In this document: positions 42,801 to 50,145 of the stretch, piece after piece | How positions within the stretch are numbered: the stretch's first letter is position 1 | Layout: the number at the start of each line of letters is the position of its first letter | Origin: Flavobacteriales bacterium | GTDB taxonomy: Bacteria > Bacteroidota > Bacteroidia > Flavobacteriales_D > Crocinitomicaceae | Assembly (NCBI GenBank): GCA_947491305.1 | Contig: CANLIL010000001.1 | Span: 30,814-94,813 of the forward strand | Direction of reading: 5' to 3' | DNA length: 64,000 nt | Translations under genes and position numbers: made by a program | The notes under the pieces: generated by a model | Databases searched by the model: none | What the model was told of the DNA's origin: nothing | Seen by the model: only the letters and a program-made list of their open reading frames with translations

Positions 42801-43665
42801 CAATAATAAATGGGTTCATTATTTTCAGAAAAACAGGCATTACTATTCGGTTATTTTCTGATTTAAGTGTATAGTACTTTGCTGTTCCAAAAGAAGATGT
42901 AAAATAGAATCCAGCTCCAAAATCGCCAAATCCTGTTTTTGTATTCTGAAATTCTTTATCAAAAATTGTAAATATAGAATTTGTTCCATGGTAGCAAATT
43001 AACGGCTCTCCGTTCTCGTCAACTACTTTAGAAACATTAGATAAATTTTCAATAATATTATTTGTAATATCCAAAATCTTTCTATCTTTGCATAGAGCAT
43101 TCTGATTTGCACGATATGACGGTTTAGCATGTACGGTTTTCAGGATGCTTTCTTTTTCTACAACCCCTGTATCATGTATTATTAAATCACCATCGTTCTC
43201 TTCTTGAACGGTGATTCGATAAATATATTCAACTCCTTCAAAGATGAAGTTAGATATGTAAACCCAAAACTTTTTAATATTTGGTTTTAAGTCTAGTTTA
43301 CGATTAGCTTCTTCTTCTATTTTTATTGCATTTTCTAATATTTCAGGAAGGTAGTCAATAGAAGAAAATAAAACATCAGGTCTAGCATGTCTGCAAATAT
43401 GTTTTAATCCACTTCTGCTTAATTGAATATTGTTCCCGTCCTTATCTATTTTAAATAAACTATGAAGTTTAATATATGATTTCTCATAATCAAAGTTTCT
43501 TTCTTTGTGATTATTCACAATAGTAATTGGCTTATTCAATAAATTTAGAATATTTGCTTTTTCAAAATTTCCAAACCACGCTATAAACTCAGGAGTTCTC
43601 ACCAATTTGTATTGCTCAGGAGTAAGGTTGCTTGGCTTTCCGTTTGGTGCTAATAATTGTGTCAT
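39889..43665 (-). CDS. giant polyvalent protein: two ART-PolyVal-like (ADP-ribosyltransferase-fold) modules, ParB/Srx-like nuclease domain and C-terminal 'GPPHSEGG' module
   Basis: Duplicated leader 'LLAPNGKPSNL(T/N)PEQYKLVR..(F/W)FG(N/D)(F/W)EK'. 'VDENGEPLICYHGTNSIFTIFD..GAGFYFTSSFGTAKYY..MPVFLKIMNPFII' and 'VDENGEPLVVLHATTHDFNVFS..EGIFFTDSISVAETYIY..MPVFLSLQDPLIV'. 'LLLTEGNHRLNAL' is ParB-like. Modules are separated by GGG(G)(V/I) tracts. Confidence 0.6.
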   Translation of the reverse strand: MTQLLAPNGKPSNLTPEQYKLVRTPEFIAWFGNFEKANILNLLNKPITIVNNHKERNFDYEKSYIKLHSLFKIDKDGNNIQLSRSGLKHICRHARPDVLFSSIDYLPEILENAIKIEEEANRKLDLKPNIKKFWVYISNFIFEGVEYIYRITVQEENDGDLIIHDTGVVEKESILKTVHAKPSYRANQNALCKDRKILDITNNIIENLSNVSKVVDENGEPLICYHGTNSIFTIFDKEFQNTKTGFGDFGAGFYFTSSFGTAKYYTLKSENNRIVMPVFLKIMNPFIIELNWEKLSEQSIINYKGLEGLSDLDKDFLNNTFKDDYRPSKAITKYFSDYGFQELLIRNDFDGVVINRINIYEKPDINHENQIQYFNEIVVFEPNQIKLTDGTNTTFDASNPDIRFDEGGGVPALLAPNGKPSNLNPEQYKLVRGDFFKKFFGDWEKLALTKINDSGIDEVSLKRLEEGVSKAVDENGEPLVVLHATTHDFNVFSNDEDTKRRGVSKEGIFFTDSISVAETYIYKNLTPTPKQIKSGVFFKENANIMPVFLSLQDPLIVDAGFTNFNSIGEKHKHINDFISIAKKHNKDGLIVKNVKDLGSAVDFLKDELFATTYVVFKPNQIKSAVGNNGNFDTNNPDIRYEGGGFVSFKDKYNKKFGYPTSTSHNLEQISKDTRVSLKGLQQIYNKGIGAFKTNPSSVRPTVKSKEQWAMARVYSAVMGGKASKIDSNELKMKNGGGIPDNYIHVVNNFGSGETLNKVFNDWSNIQSEKDQANWSMRVKLLRFGTYGQYDLLYVMEKFDFDKSDKINGILKRDFKKEVESAYDNEIITINKNNEMKKESETFGGGGGVNDNFPIVKLKIYANNPSYNKRYFESEALFDFSNEKIKFINIDTFGDDYRFNWIKVKENSKGFYIDFEYYGGRIYIENYINLFDQEKNKKKLAGGGGVAAKSSHTLNSNKGKIAISLDKRWSDINILLVPISFLVKCSEFNRRNDPKYSLDDSAKNIENIKKSFIENGITEPLILNYIRNESKLLLTEGNHRLNALIELEVPYYPVCVTVIDSWNRGKGKGVKTKVKPYMISEINKSKYLSVDNFEGVPYVNIENNHVDVNETDTLTINVPLLIRLFEYIREDVDNDAQIHFLTENLLKLKDKELSMSDYDSIIDGIKIKKTAEKILALGGLAEGPPHSEGGIPLVVKSTGQNIEIEGGELVVNKFSSSETEKFEFEGKDLTPCEIVSELNSMDNNGVEIDCNKILGRFKK

Positions 43666-44258
43666 TAATTTAATTTTTTATCAATTTGTGAACCTATTTT
43701 TGAATAAATAGGGAGATTTGAATGTGGGTCTTTTACTTTACCGATTGCAGGTTCAATTATTTCAACGCCTAAATCTTTGAATATGTCATAATAGGCATTT
43801 ACTTTTGATTCAGTAATGTATTTATTTCCACCCCAACCCCAAGAACCTTTTACTGCAAATAATAATGCGTTAGGGAATTTTTCTTTTACACTACTAACTA
43901 ATCCATCAATATCTTCTTTTGAATTAAATCCACCATTTGTTCCGATATTAATTATAATTGAATTTACATCTTTTGAAACAGGATAATCGTCAACGGCACT
44001 TTTTAACCAAGACAAACTTTTACCACCTTCCCACAAACTTTCTTTACCACCTTTTTCGTTAATTCTTTTGGCTTTTTCCGAGTTCTTGTCTATGAATGGG
44101 GTTTGACTATCACCTATTATATAATTCTTTTCTTTATCAGTACCTCTTTTGCTTGATTTACCACTTTTTCTTCTGTGTCTAACAACTAATACCGTTGTTA
44201 GACCAAGAATAACAACACCAACGATACTGAATAAAATTATTTTTTGAGTTCTATTCAT
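43665..44258 (-). CDS. N-terminally anchored SGNH/GDSL-like hydrolase (divergent)
   Basis: TM 'IILFSIVGVVILGLTTVLVV', with 'YIIGDSQTPF' (block I), 'INIGTNGG' (block III-like) and 'VKDPHS' (block V-like). Confidence 0.45.
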   Translation of the reverse strand: MNRTQKIILFSIVGVVILGLTTVLVVRHRRKSGKSSKRGTDKEKNYIIGDSQTPFIDKNSEKAKRINEKGGKESLWEGGKSLSWLKSAVDDYPVSKDVNSIIINIGTNGGFNSKEDIDGLVSSVKEKFPNALLFAVKGSWGWGGNKYITESKVNAYYDIFKDLGVEIIEPAIGKVKDPHSNLPIYSKIGSQIDKKLN

Positions 44259-44980
44259 TTTACTTTTTTAATTGTTTCATAAACTTTTTCTGCAACTATT
44301 TTGTGCCCGGCAACAGTTGGATGAATACCATCAGTGGTTTTACTTTGAAGGTCGTAGGGATTAATGAAGTTTACCCCCTTTATTTGATTAGGAAGTAAGC
44401 GCTGTAGTTCCTTTCTTTTTTGAACGTATGGAATCCATTGTTCTTTTTTAGTCAACAAGTTTGCAGGGCGGCCAACAGGCATAATGTTTATGTCACCAAA
44501 CTTACCTTGAATCTTATAACCTAGATTAATAAATACATCAGCACCATTGTTTTTAGCGAGATCGACCATTTCCTGAATGTTCTTAATTGTAGTTGATAAT
44601 GGAATACTCGCGTTCGATGTGTCGTTACCACCTCCATGAATAATAACACGGTCGTATTTCTTTGATTTAAGTTTAGCAGGAAGGTTTTTCTTCATCCAAT
44701 CGGTTGTTTTACCACCCAAGGCAAGAACGTCGATTGAAACACCTTTATTCGATAATTTTTCTCGAAGGATGTTTGGATAAGTGTAGGTAATTTTTCCACC
44801 ACTTGAATTAACAACGGCTACTTGACTATCACCAACAAAAAGTATTTTTTTAGGATTCTTGTTTTTTATCCGGGCAGAATTTAATCGCTTGTGTAAAAAA
44901 TAAAACAAGGAAAACAATCCAATAGCAGAGGCAACACCAATGGCGCTATAAACTATAATTTGCTTTGTATTTTTGTTCAC
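44255..44980 (-). CDS. N-terminally anchored SGNH/GDSL esterase
   Basis: TM 'IIVYSAIGVASAIGLFSLFYFL', with 'ILFVGDSQVAV' (I), 'ALGGKTTDW' (II), 'IIHGGGNDTS' (III) and 'TDGIHPTVAGH' (V). Confidence 0.7.
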   Translation of the reverse strand: MNKNTKQIIVYSAIGVASAIGLFSLFYFLHKRLNSARIKNKNPKKILFVGDSQVAVVNSSGGKITYTYPNILREKLSNKGVSIDVLALGGKTTDWMKKNLPAKLKSKKYDRVIIHGGGNDTSNASIPLSTTIKNIQEMVDLAKNNGADVFINLGYKIQGKFGDINIMPVGRPANLLTKKEQWIPYVQKRKELQRLLPNQIKGVNFINPYDLQSKTTDGIHPTVAGHKIVAEKVYETIKKVK

Positions 44981-45000
44981 CCTTAAATCTGTTTTTCAAC

Positions 45001-45008
45001 AAATTTAT
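45001..45008 (-). promoter_or_regulatory. candidate -7 box TAAATTTG (minus strand)
   Basis: Forward caaattta, 21 nt upstream of the ATG at 44980. Confidence 0.35.
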
Positions 45009-45044
45009 GATTTTCTTTTTAGATTGCAGTAATCAATAAGAAAA

Positions 45045-45269
45045 CTAGATGGTCTTTCTTTTGAGATTGAAGTAAACAACAGGTAAAACCAAATAGTCTC
45101 CTTCCAGATTAAATTGCATACTTCCATCAATAGCAACCTTAACTTCTTTGAAATACCTCAATACAGCCTCCATGTCTTCATAGTAGCCACAAAGAACCAA
45201 AGAGTCATCGCCCATAACCTTGAACACTCCAAGAGTTTTAACATTGCTTACAGGTTGAGTAATTGACAT
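45045..45269 (-). CDS. hypothetical protein
   Basis: 74-aa ORF. Confidence 0.45.
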   Translation of the reverse strand: MSITQPVSNVKTLGVFKVMGDDSLVLCGYYEDMEAVLRYFKEVKVAIDGSMQFNLEGDYLVLPVVYFNLKRKTI

Positions 45270-45271
45270 TG

Positions 45272-46045
45272 TTAGAATATTTTTTTGATTTGATTTTTAT
45301 TTGATATTTCTGTTTCACTCGATTTTACCCAAACTCTAAAGTGAAAATCATAACCCATATCCTTAAGAGCCTTGTTAACTTTATGCGCATCTTTTAAATC
45401 AACATATATCGCGTCAACGTTAAATTTAAAAAAGTTATCTAATTGACAAACAGCTAAATATATGTTGTTATTTAAAGTAATCCTTACATTGTCATAAACC
45501 TTTTTAAGAATGGTATTATCGCATATAATTTCATGCGGTACTCCTTTGTTGTAGTGTACAATCTTTTTACGTCGCGCCAAGAATGAAAAACACAAGCGTT
45601 TATACATTTTAGCGCTTGGGTCATTGTAATACCTTTGAAACATTTTTTCATCAATATAGCCTATAATCTTTGATGTTTGCCAGTAAGCTGATTTTATATC
45701 AAACTCATATACAAAATCACCAATAGGGTGTTGTTGCCAATACTCGTGATTAAAACGAACAGTTCTATCAGATAAAGGATTTACTTTCAATTCATTAATA
45801 CCAATTACTTCACGTAAATTTTTAAATAGATTTTTATTGAATAAACTTAAAAAAACACGGAAAGCTTTTGGATTAAAACCTTCTTTGGATTGCAATATTG
45901 CAGAAGAAGCTTTGCAAATAGTTTTTTTATTGAATGAGATTGTTTTGGTGCTGCCAATATGCTTTTCGGTAAACGTTCTATTCTTACGAACAAAGCGCTC
46001 AACTGTCTTTCTAAATTCTTGGTCGGTTAATTTTGTGGTTCGCAT
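45272..46045 (-). CDS. hypothetical protein
   Basis: 257-aa ORF. See the rejected polymerase idea. Confidence 0.5.
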   Translation of the reverse strand: MRTTKLTDQEFRKTVERFVRKNRTFTEKHIGSTKTISFNKKTICKASSAILQSKEGFNPKAFRVFLSLFNKNLFKNLREVIGINELKVNPLSDRTVRFNHEYWQQHPIGDFVYEFDIKSAYWQTSKIIGYIDEKMFQRYYNDPSAKMYKRLCFSFLARRKKIVHYNKGVPHEIICDNTILKKVYDNVRITLNNNIYLAVCQLDNFFKFNVDAIYVDLKDAHKVNKALKDMGYDFHFRVWVKSSETEISNKNQIKKIF

Positions 46046-46049
46046 TGGT

Positions 46050-46931
46050 TTAGTCTATTTCATCAATTTGTTTATTTATTTTATCCAATCTTTCAAAGGC
46101 TTCGTTTAATCTAGTAAGACCAACCATACCTATTTTACTATATGTTTCAATTTCTTTGAGGATTCCGTCTTTCTTTTTTTCCAATCGTTCAAGCTTTCCT
46201 GTTTTTTCAATCTCAGTAATTTGTGCTTGTTCTACAATATTGGGAATATTAGTTTCTGTGATTTGTTGTTCTGTTGGTTCTGTTGGTTCTGGCTTTTCTT
46301 TTTTAATAAAGGCTACTTCTTGGATTTCCTGCGTTGGATCAAAGCCGAAATCCGCTTCTTCTTCATTAAAGTTGACCGAAACAATTTTAAAAACCCATTC
46401 ATTTTCATTTTCGTTGTATTCAGGAACAACAACCACATACGGCATACTTGGGTCGTCTGAGTTGTCAAGTTCTAATCCGTTGCAGTGTGCCGTGAAGTTT
46501 TTAAAGAAGGAGTCATAATCGGCATATTCACCGCCTTGAATATTTTCGAAACCTTCTGGACTAATTGAACTTACGAAAATAGCTTCATTAGAACTTTCTT
46601 CAATCCATAGTGGATATTGTGTTGCTGCTACATAATACTCTACCTTTTCTAGTAACTCAGTTTTAACGTAGGGCTGTTCTTTTTTTAGTTTTTTCTTTTC
46701 CCTTGGTGGTTCTTTCGTGGCATTTATAACCTTGTCTCTACCAATCTTATTAATTGGAACTTCTTTGAGTAACGGATATATTTGAGAGGCATCTTTCCTG
46801 AGCTCACTTATTGTTACTTTAATTTTGTTCTTTGCGTACTCCCTTCGGACTAAGCCCAAAATCTTCCAATACTTTTTTAGAGCATTAGCTGATTTTTTCT
46901 TACCCTTTTTGGACTTACCCATAATAAACAA
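46050..46931 (-). CDS. hypothetical protein (basic N-terminus, acidic C-terminal half)
   Basis: 293-aa ORF. The start may be the Met at 46922 (MGKSKKGKKK). Confidence 0.5.
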   Translation of the reverse strand: MFIMGKSKKGKKKSANALKKYWKILGLVRREYAKNKIKVTISELRKDASQIYPLLKEVPINKIGRDKVINATKEPPREKKKLKKEQPYVKTELLEKVEYYVAATQYPLWIEESSNEAIFVSSISPEGFENIQGGEYADYDSFFKNFTAHCNGLELDNSDDPSMPYVVVVPEYNENENEWVFKIVSVNFNEEEADFGFDPTQEIQEVAFIKKEKPEPTEPTEQQITETNIPNIVEQAQITEIEKTGKLERLEKKKDGILKEIETYSKIGMVGLTRLNEAFERLDKINKQIDEID

Positions 46932-47099
46932 AAGCTTTAAATAACACTATGTAAGTGCTTGAAAATCAATAAAAAAACATAAACGTATGCAAGAAACAAG
47001 CCTATAAATTTAATTATAAACAACCTATAATTAAAAATAAAATCAAGCTATTTTGTGAACAATTGAATATTTACAACAAGCTATTGGTCTTATTGCAAA

Positions 47100-47381
47100 C
47101 TATTCTGCGATGGATTTTTTCATTTCTGGTTTCATTTCCGTTTCGATAAAATACTCATCTTCCACTAAATCATTTATAGTAACGTTGAGAGCATAAGCTA
47201 TCTTTAGAAGTGTGTGTACAGAAACGTTTATAAGCTTTCCTGATGTCATTTTTGAAATTCTATCCATACCTACAGGTGTAATGAATAATTCATCGGTAAT
47301 ATCATGGAGTACTTGATGTGTTATGCCTTTTTCGTGCATAATTTCGCGCATTTTTGTTTGGCTAATTTTTATTAGGTTCAT
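47100..47381 (-). CDS. XRE/Cro-C1-type HTH transcriptional regulator
   Basis: 'MREIMHEKGITHQVLHDITD..ISKMTSGKLINVSVHTLLKIAYALNVTINDLV' has the typical HTH_3 layout with a short insertion. Confidence 0.6.
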   Translation of the reverse strand: MNLIKISQTKMREIMHEKGITHQVLHDITDELFITPVGMDRISKMTSGKLINVSVHTLLKIAYALNVTINDLVEDEYFIETEMKPEMKKSIAE

Positions 47382-47388
47382 TGTGTAT

Positions 47389-48006
47389 TTATTTGTTGAA
47401 AATAGTTTCGTAATTTATTCCAGATTTTTCCAAAACTTGTTCGATTGTAACAAAATTATTGGAGTGGCTATCTACAGTATTATTGTAAACAAAAGCTTCC
47501 TTGGGAAGAGCTATTTCGCGCAGAACAAATCTAATTCCTATATCAGTTATTGTAAAATAATTTCTCTTGTAAACAATCTTATCTTTTCTTGTAGGCATTG
47601 GTGCGATAGCATCCCAATACTTTAAAAGCGTAAAATCATTCAATAGCTTTTTAGTATCAAGACCCTCAACGTCTTTAAAGATTTCGTCTAGGTTATAATA
47701 ATCAAGTTCTTCAATTGATTTATTCTGGGATCGAGATAAGATGTAATCATACATGATTATTAGTGCGATGCACATGTTAGATCTCAGTTGTCTTTTGTAT
47801 AGTTTTACTCGTTGGCCGCAGCAAGCACAAACAGCGCCTTTTCCTTTTTTTGATTCTTCTACTAGTCTTATAGCTTCATCCGTAGTACTTAAACCCGGAA
47901 CACCTTTTAATTGGTTTAATCCCAATAATTTAAAGTTGTCTGAGTTTTTCGTAAGGTTTTCGTTGATTGATTTTAGTTGCTCTTGATTAACGGTTGTGTG
48001 TTCCAT
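47389..48006 (-). CDS. hypothetical protein with CxCC motif
   Basis: 205-aa ORF containing 'GAVCACCGQRVKLYKRQL'. Confidence 0.5.
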   Translation of the reverse strand: MEHTTVNQEQLKSINENLTKNSDNFKLLGLNQLKGVPGLSTTDEAIRLVEESKKGKGAVCACCGQRVKLYKRQLRSNMCIALIIMYDYILSRSQNKSIEELDYYNLDEIFKDVEGLDTKKLLNDFTLLKYWDAIAPMPTRKDKIVYKRNYFTITDIGIRFVLREIALPKEAFVYNNTVDSHSNNFVTIEQVLEKSGINYETIFNK

Positions 48007-48287
48007 GTTTTAATTTCGGTTAATTATTTTGCCAAAGATATATATTTTTATCAATACTAATACGCCATTCTTGTTTTTTCCAAAAGATTTTTTGAAACGT
48101 GGGTATAGAGCTCAGTATTACCTGCAAGGCTACGATAGTGATGCTATTGAACATCTGTGGGAGAAAATTTAAAAAGTTTTTCCACCTGTGCCAAAGTTTT
48201 ATTTGGTCGGATAGAAACATTTACTTCTTTCTGCCATACACACTCAAAGTCGCTTGGTGCATTGTACTCACTTACAAATACTGTATT

Positions 48288-48866
48288 TTATTTTGATACT
48301 TTCCTACACCATTGCCAAAATTTATCGTGATTAAACTTGTCTTTAGTATCATATTGTTTTGTGCCTTGATACGGAATATCACAATAAACAATACTTCCTT
48401 TTGGTATTTGTAGTTGGTCGTAGTTACAATTATGAAAATCAATATCTTTTATGGCTTCTACTTGCTTTAAAGTGTTCCTTATTTGTTCAGCAACATAATC
48501 CCTATTTTTATGTTTTCCAGAATATCCACCGCCATAAAATCTGCCATTAAAAGAACCCATAAAACCAATCCAACCTATTGTAAAATCGTCAAAGTTGTGA
48601 TTTTTTATTTCGTTGTATTGATTTCTTGCTTGGTCATAAAGTTCTTTTGGTATTTCCATAATTAACCCTCTACCTTGTTGCAATCCTTTCCATAAGGCGA
48701 TTAGATATTTATTGCTATCTGATGCAATTCGTTTTCCTTGAACTTTGTCTATAATATTGCAACCGCCTACAAATGGCTCTACATAGTATTGTTCTTCTGT
48801 TCGGTCTTTTAAGATAATTGGTAATAAATCTTTAGCAAACCTCGCCTTACTTCCCATATATTTCAT
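48288..48866 (-). CDS. Dam-like (D12-class) N6-adenine DNA methyltransferase, truncated by an in-frame TAA
   Basis: 'MKYMGSKARFAKDLLPII', 'EPFVGGCNI' (motif I) and 'YCDIPYQG' (DPPY). Homology continues past the stop in the same frame (see finding). Confidence 0.65.
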   Translation of the reverse strand: MKYMGSKARFAKDLLPIILKDRTEEQYYVEPFVGGCNIIDKVQGKRIASDSNKYLIALWKGLQQGRGLIMEIPKELYDQARNQYNEIKNHNFDDFTIGWIGFMGSFNGRFYGGGYSGKHKNRDYVAEQIRNTLKQVEAIKDIDFHNCNYDQLQIPKGSIVYCDIPYQGTKQYDTKDKFNHDKFWQWCRKVSK

Positions 48867-48941
48867 CGCTCAAACTTTTTAAATTTCCTATTCGTTTTCA
48901 AATCAATATTCCAATAGATGAACCGCACCTTCAGGTAACAG

Positions 48942-48974
48942 CATATTGGAAAACATTGAAACGTTTCCAATATG
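48942..48974. promoter_or_regulatory. 11-bp perfect inverted repeat CATATTGGAAA..TTTCCAATATG (11-nt loop) upstream of the Dam-like gene
   Basis: Read directly from the sequence. A third half-site-like copy, TTCCAATA, lies at about 48909-48916. There is no T-tract on either strand, so it is not a canonical terminator. Confidence 0.45.
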
Positions 48975-48981
48975 CGAACCG

Positions 48982-49329
48982 TTATAAATAATGATCAATT
49001 CTCTTAAGAAAGAAATAACTCAAAAGTAAACTTGGCATTACAATAAAGCTTGTGTACATTAAGAAAAACATTTTTTTCTGATTTTTCAGCAAATCGTTAT
49101 ATGAAATAAGAATCTCATAAACTTCGTCCGGAAAAGGAACTATTTCTTGCATTCTGTGAATTTTAACGGCAACCTTTGAAAGTAAAGGAAAGTATTTTTC
49201 AACAAAAAATTTCATTGACCAGATCCAATAAGCACTAAAAACAAGTCCAATTCCTATTCCTGTTAAACCAAAAATCAAGAATAAAAGAACTGTAATAGAA
49301 ATGCAAATTAAATGAATGTGTGTCCTCAT
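48982..49329 (-). CDS. polytopic membrane protein
   Basis: Hydrophobic segments 'LICISITVLLFLIFGLTGIGIGLVFSAYWIW' and 'MFFLMYTSFIVMPSLLLSYFFL'. Confidence 0.5.
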   Translation of the reverse strand: MRTHIHLICISITVLLFLIFGLTGIGIGLVFSAYWIWSMKFFVEKYFPLLSKVAVKIHRMQEIVPFPDEVYEILISYNDLLKNQKKMFFLMYTSFIVMPSLLLSYFFLKRIDHYL

Positions 49330-49368
49330 TAACCTATAATTAATTGGTTTGTTGAAGGCAAAAGTATA

Positions 49369-49386
49369 TATATTTTTAAAAATATA
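49369..49386. promoter_or_regulatory. 18-bp perfect palindrome TATATTTTTAAAAATATA (copy 1)
   Basis: Located in the divergent control region 49330-49468. An identical copy lies at 58548-58565. Confidence 0.5.
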
Positions 49387-49436
49387 AGAAAAAACAAAAA
49401 AAAATATTTATTTTACGTTTTAAAGGTAAAAAATAA

Positions 49437-49444
49437 TATATTTG
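49437..49444 (+). promoter_or_regulatory. candidate -7 box TATATTTG for the plus-strand operon
   Basis: TAnnTTTG lying 25 nt upstream of the ATG at 49469. Confidence 0.45.
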
Positions 49445-49468
49445 CAAAAATAACTAAACCGAATAAAA

Positions 49469-49723
49469 ATGGAAACCACTCCTGTATCTGAAATTATTGA
49501 GCAACACCAAAAGCTTGGATCAAAAGATTTTACTAAATGGATTATTAGAAGTGAAAAATACTTACTTCAAAAGGCTATTTCTTCTAAAACTATTTTATTG
49601 ATTTTCCAAAAACACCAAGAGCTTAATTCTTTTGAATTTACTAAATGGATTATTTGCAAAACCACTGAACTTTTGAAAAGCGAAGAAAGTGATATTGAAA
49701 CTCAATCTAATTATAAATCTTAA
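49469..49723 (+). CDS. hypothetical protein with internal duplication
   Basis: 'EQHQKLGSKDFTKWIIRSEKYLLQKA' and 'FQKHQELNSFEFTKWIICKTTELLKSE' are two copies of one roughly 30-aa unit. Confidence 0.5.
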   Translation: METTPVSEIIEQHQKLGSKDFTKWIIRSEKYLLQKAISSKTILLIFQKHQELNSFEFTKWIICKTTELLKSEESDIETQSNYKS

Positions 49724-49726
49724 CTT

Positions 49727-50134
49727 ATGGAAGAGGTATTTGTAAAAAAAGGTAGAAAATACGTTAGTATTGGCTTAACTTATAACAGCGATTGGCTCAG
49801 AAACGGACTTTGGCTAGTTAACTCTAATCCCGGAAGCAAAAGTATAACATCCTTGTTTTGGCTTGTTGGAGAAACTAAAAATCTCACAAACGTAATCGAC
49901 CAAGCATCATTGATTGAGCATGAACCAGAAATCACTAGATATATTGGTCAGTTAGGAGATATAAACTCTGAGGAATATAAAGAAGCGAAAGCAATGTTTG
50001 GCGGTTACATAAACGGTGAAATACGCGTAACAAATGCTTCAAGAATGGATTTTGTAAACCTTATATTTAGAAAATTATCCATGTTGATTGAAGAAGAAAA
50101 AATAAAGCAAATCGAAATTAGTAAAAACAAATAA
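49727..50134 (+). CDS. hypothetical protein
   Basis: 135-aa ORF. Confidence 0.5.
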   Translation: MEEVFVKKGRKYVSIGLTYNSDWLRNGLWLVNSNPGSKSITSLFWLVGETKNLTNVIDQASLIEHEPEITRYIGQLGDINSEEYKEAKAMFGGYINGEIRVTNASRMDFVNLIFRKLSMLIEEEKIKQIEISKNK

Positions 50135-50145
50135 TTCATAAAAAA

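Noticed and set aside
45272-46045. Possible remnant of a protein-primed family-B DNA polymerase ('FDIKSAYWQ' resembling DxxSLYP, 'VDAIYVD' resembling YxDTD).
   Set aside because: At 257 aa the protein is too short. It has no exonuclease or Kx3NSxYG block, and the two matches are short and imperfect. It is left as hypothetical.
47022-47034. 13-mer AACCTATAATTAA found twice (47022-47034 and 49331-49343), containing a sigma70-like TATAAT.
   Set aside because: There are only two copies, in AT-rich intergenic DNA. The TATAAT is on the strand opposite to the adjacent genes, and the apparent promoter type here is TAnnTTTG. The evidence is insufficient for a regulatory call.
48020-48220. 66-aa ORF downstream of the Dam-like gene.
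   Set aside because: It overlaps, in another frame, the region that continues Dam homology in frame after the TAA, so it is most likely spurious.
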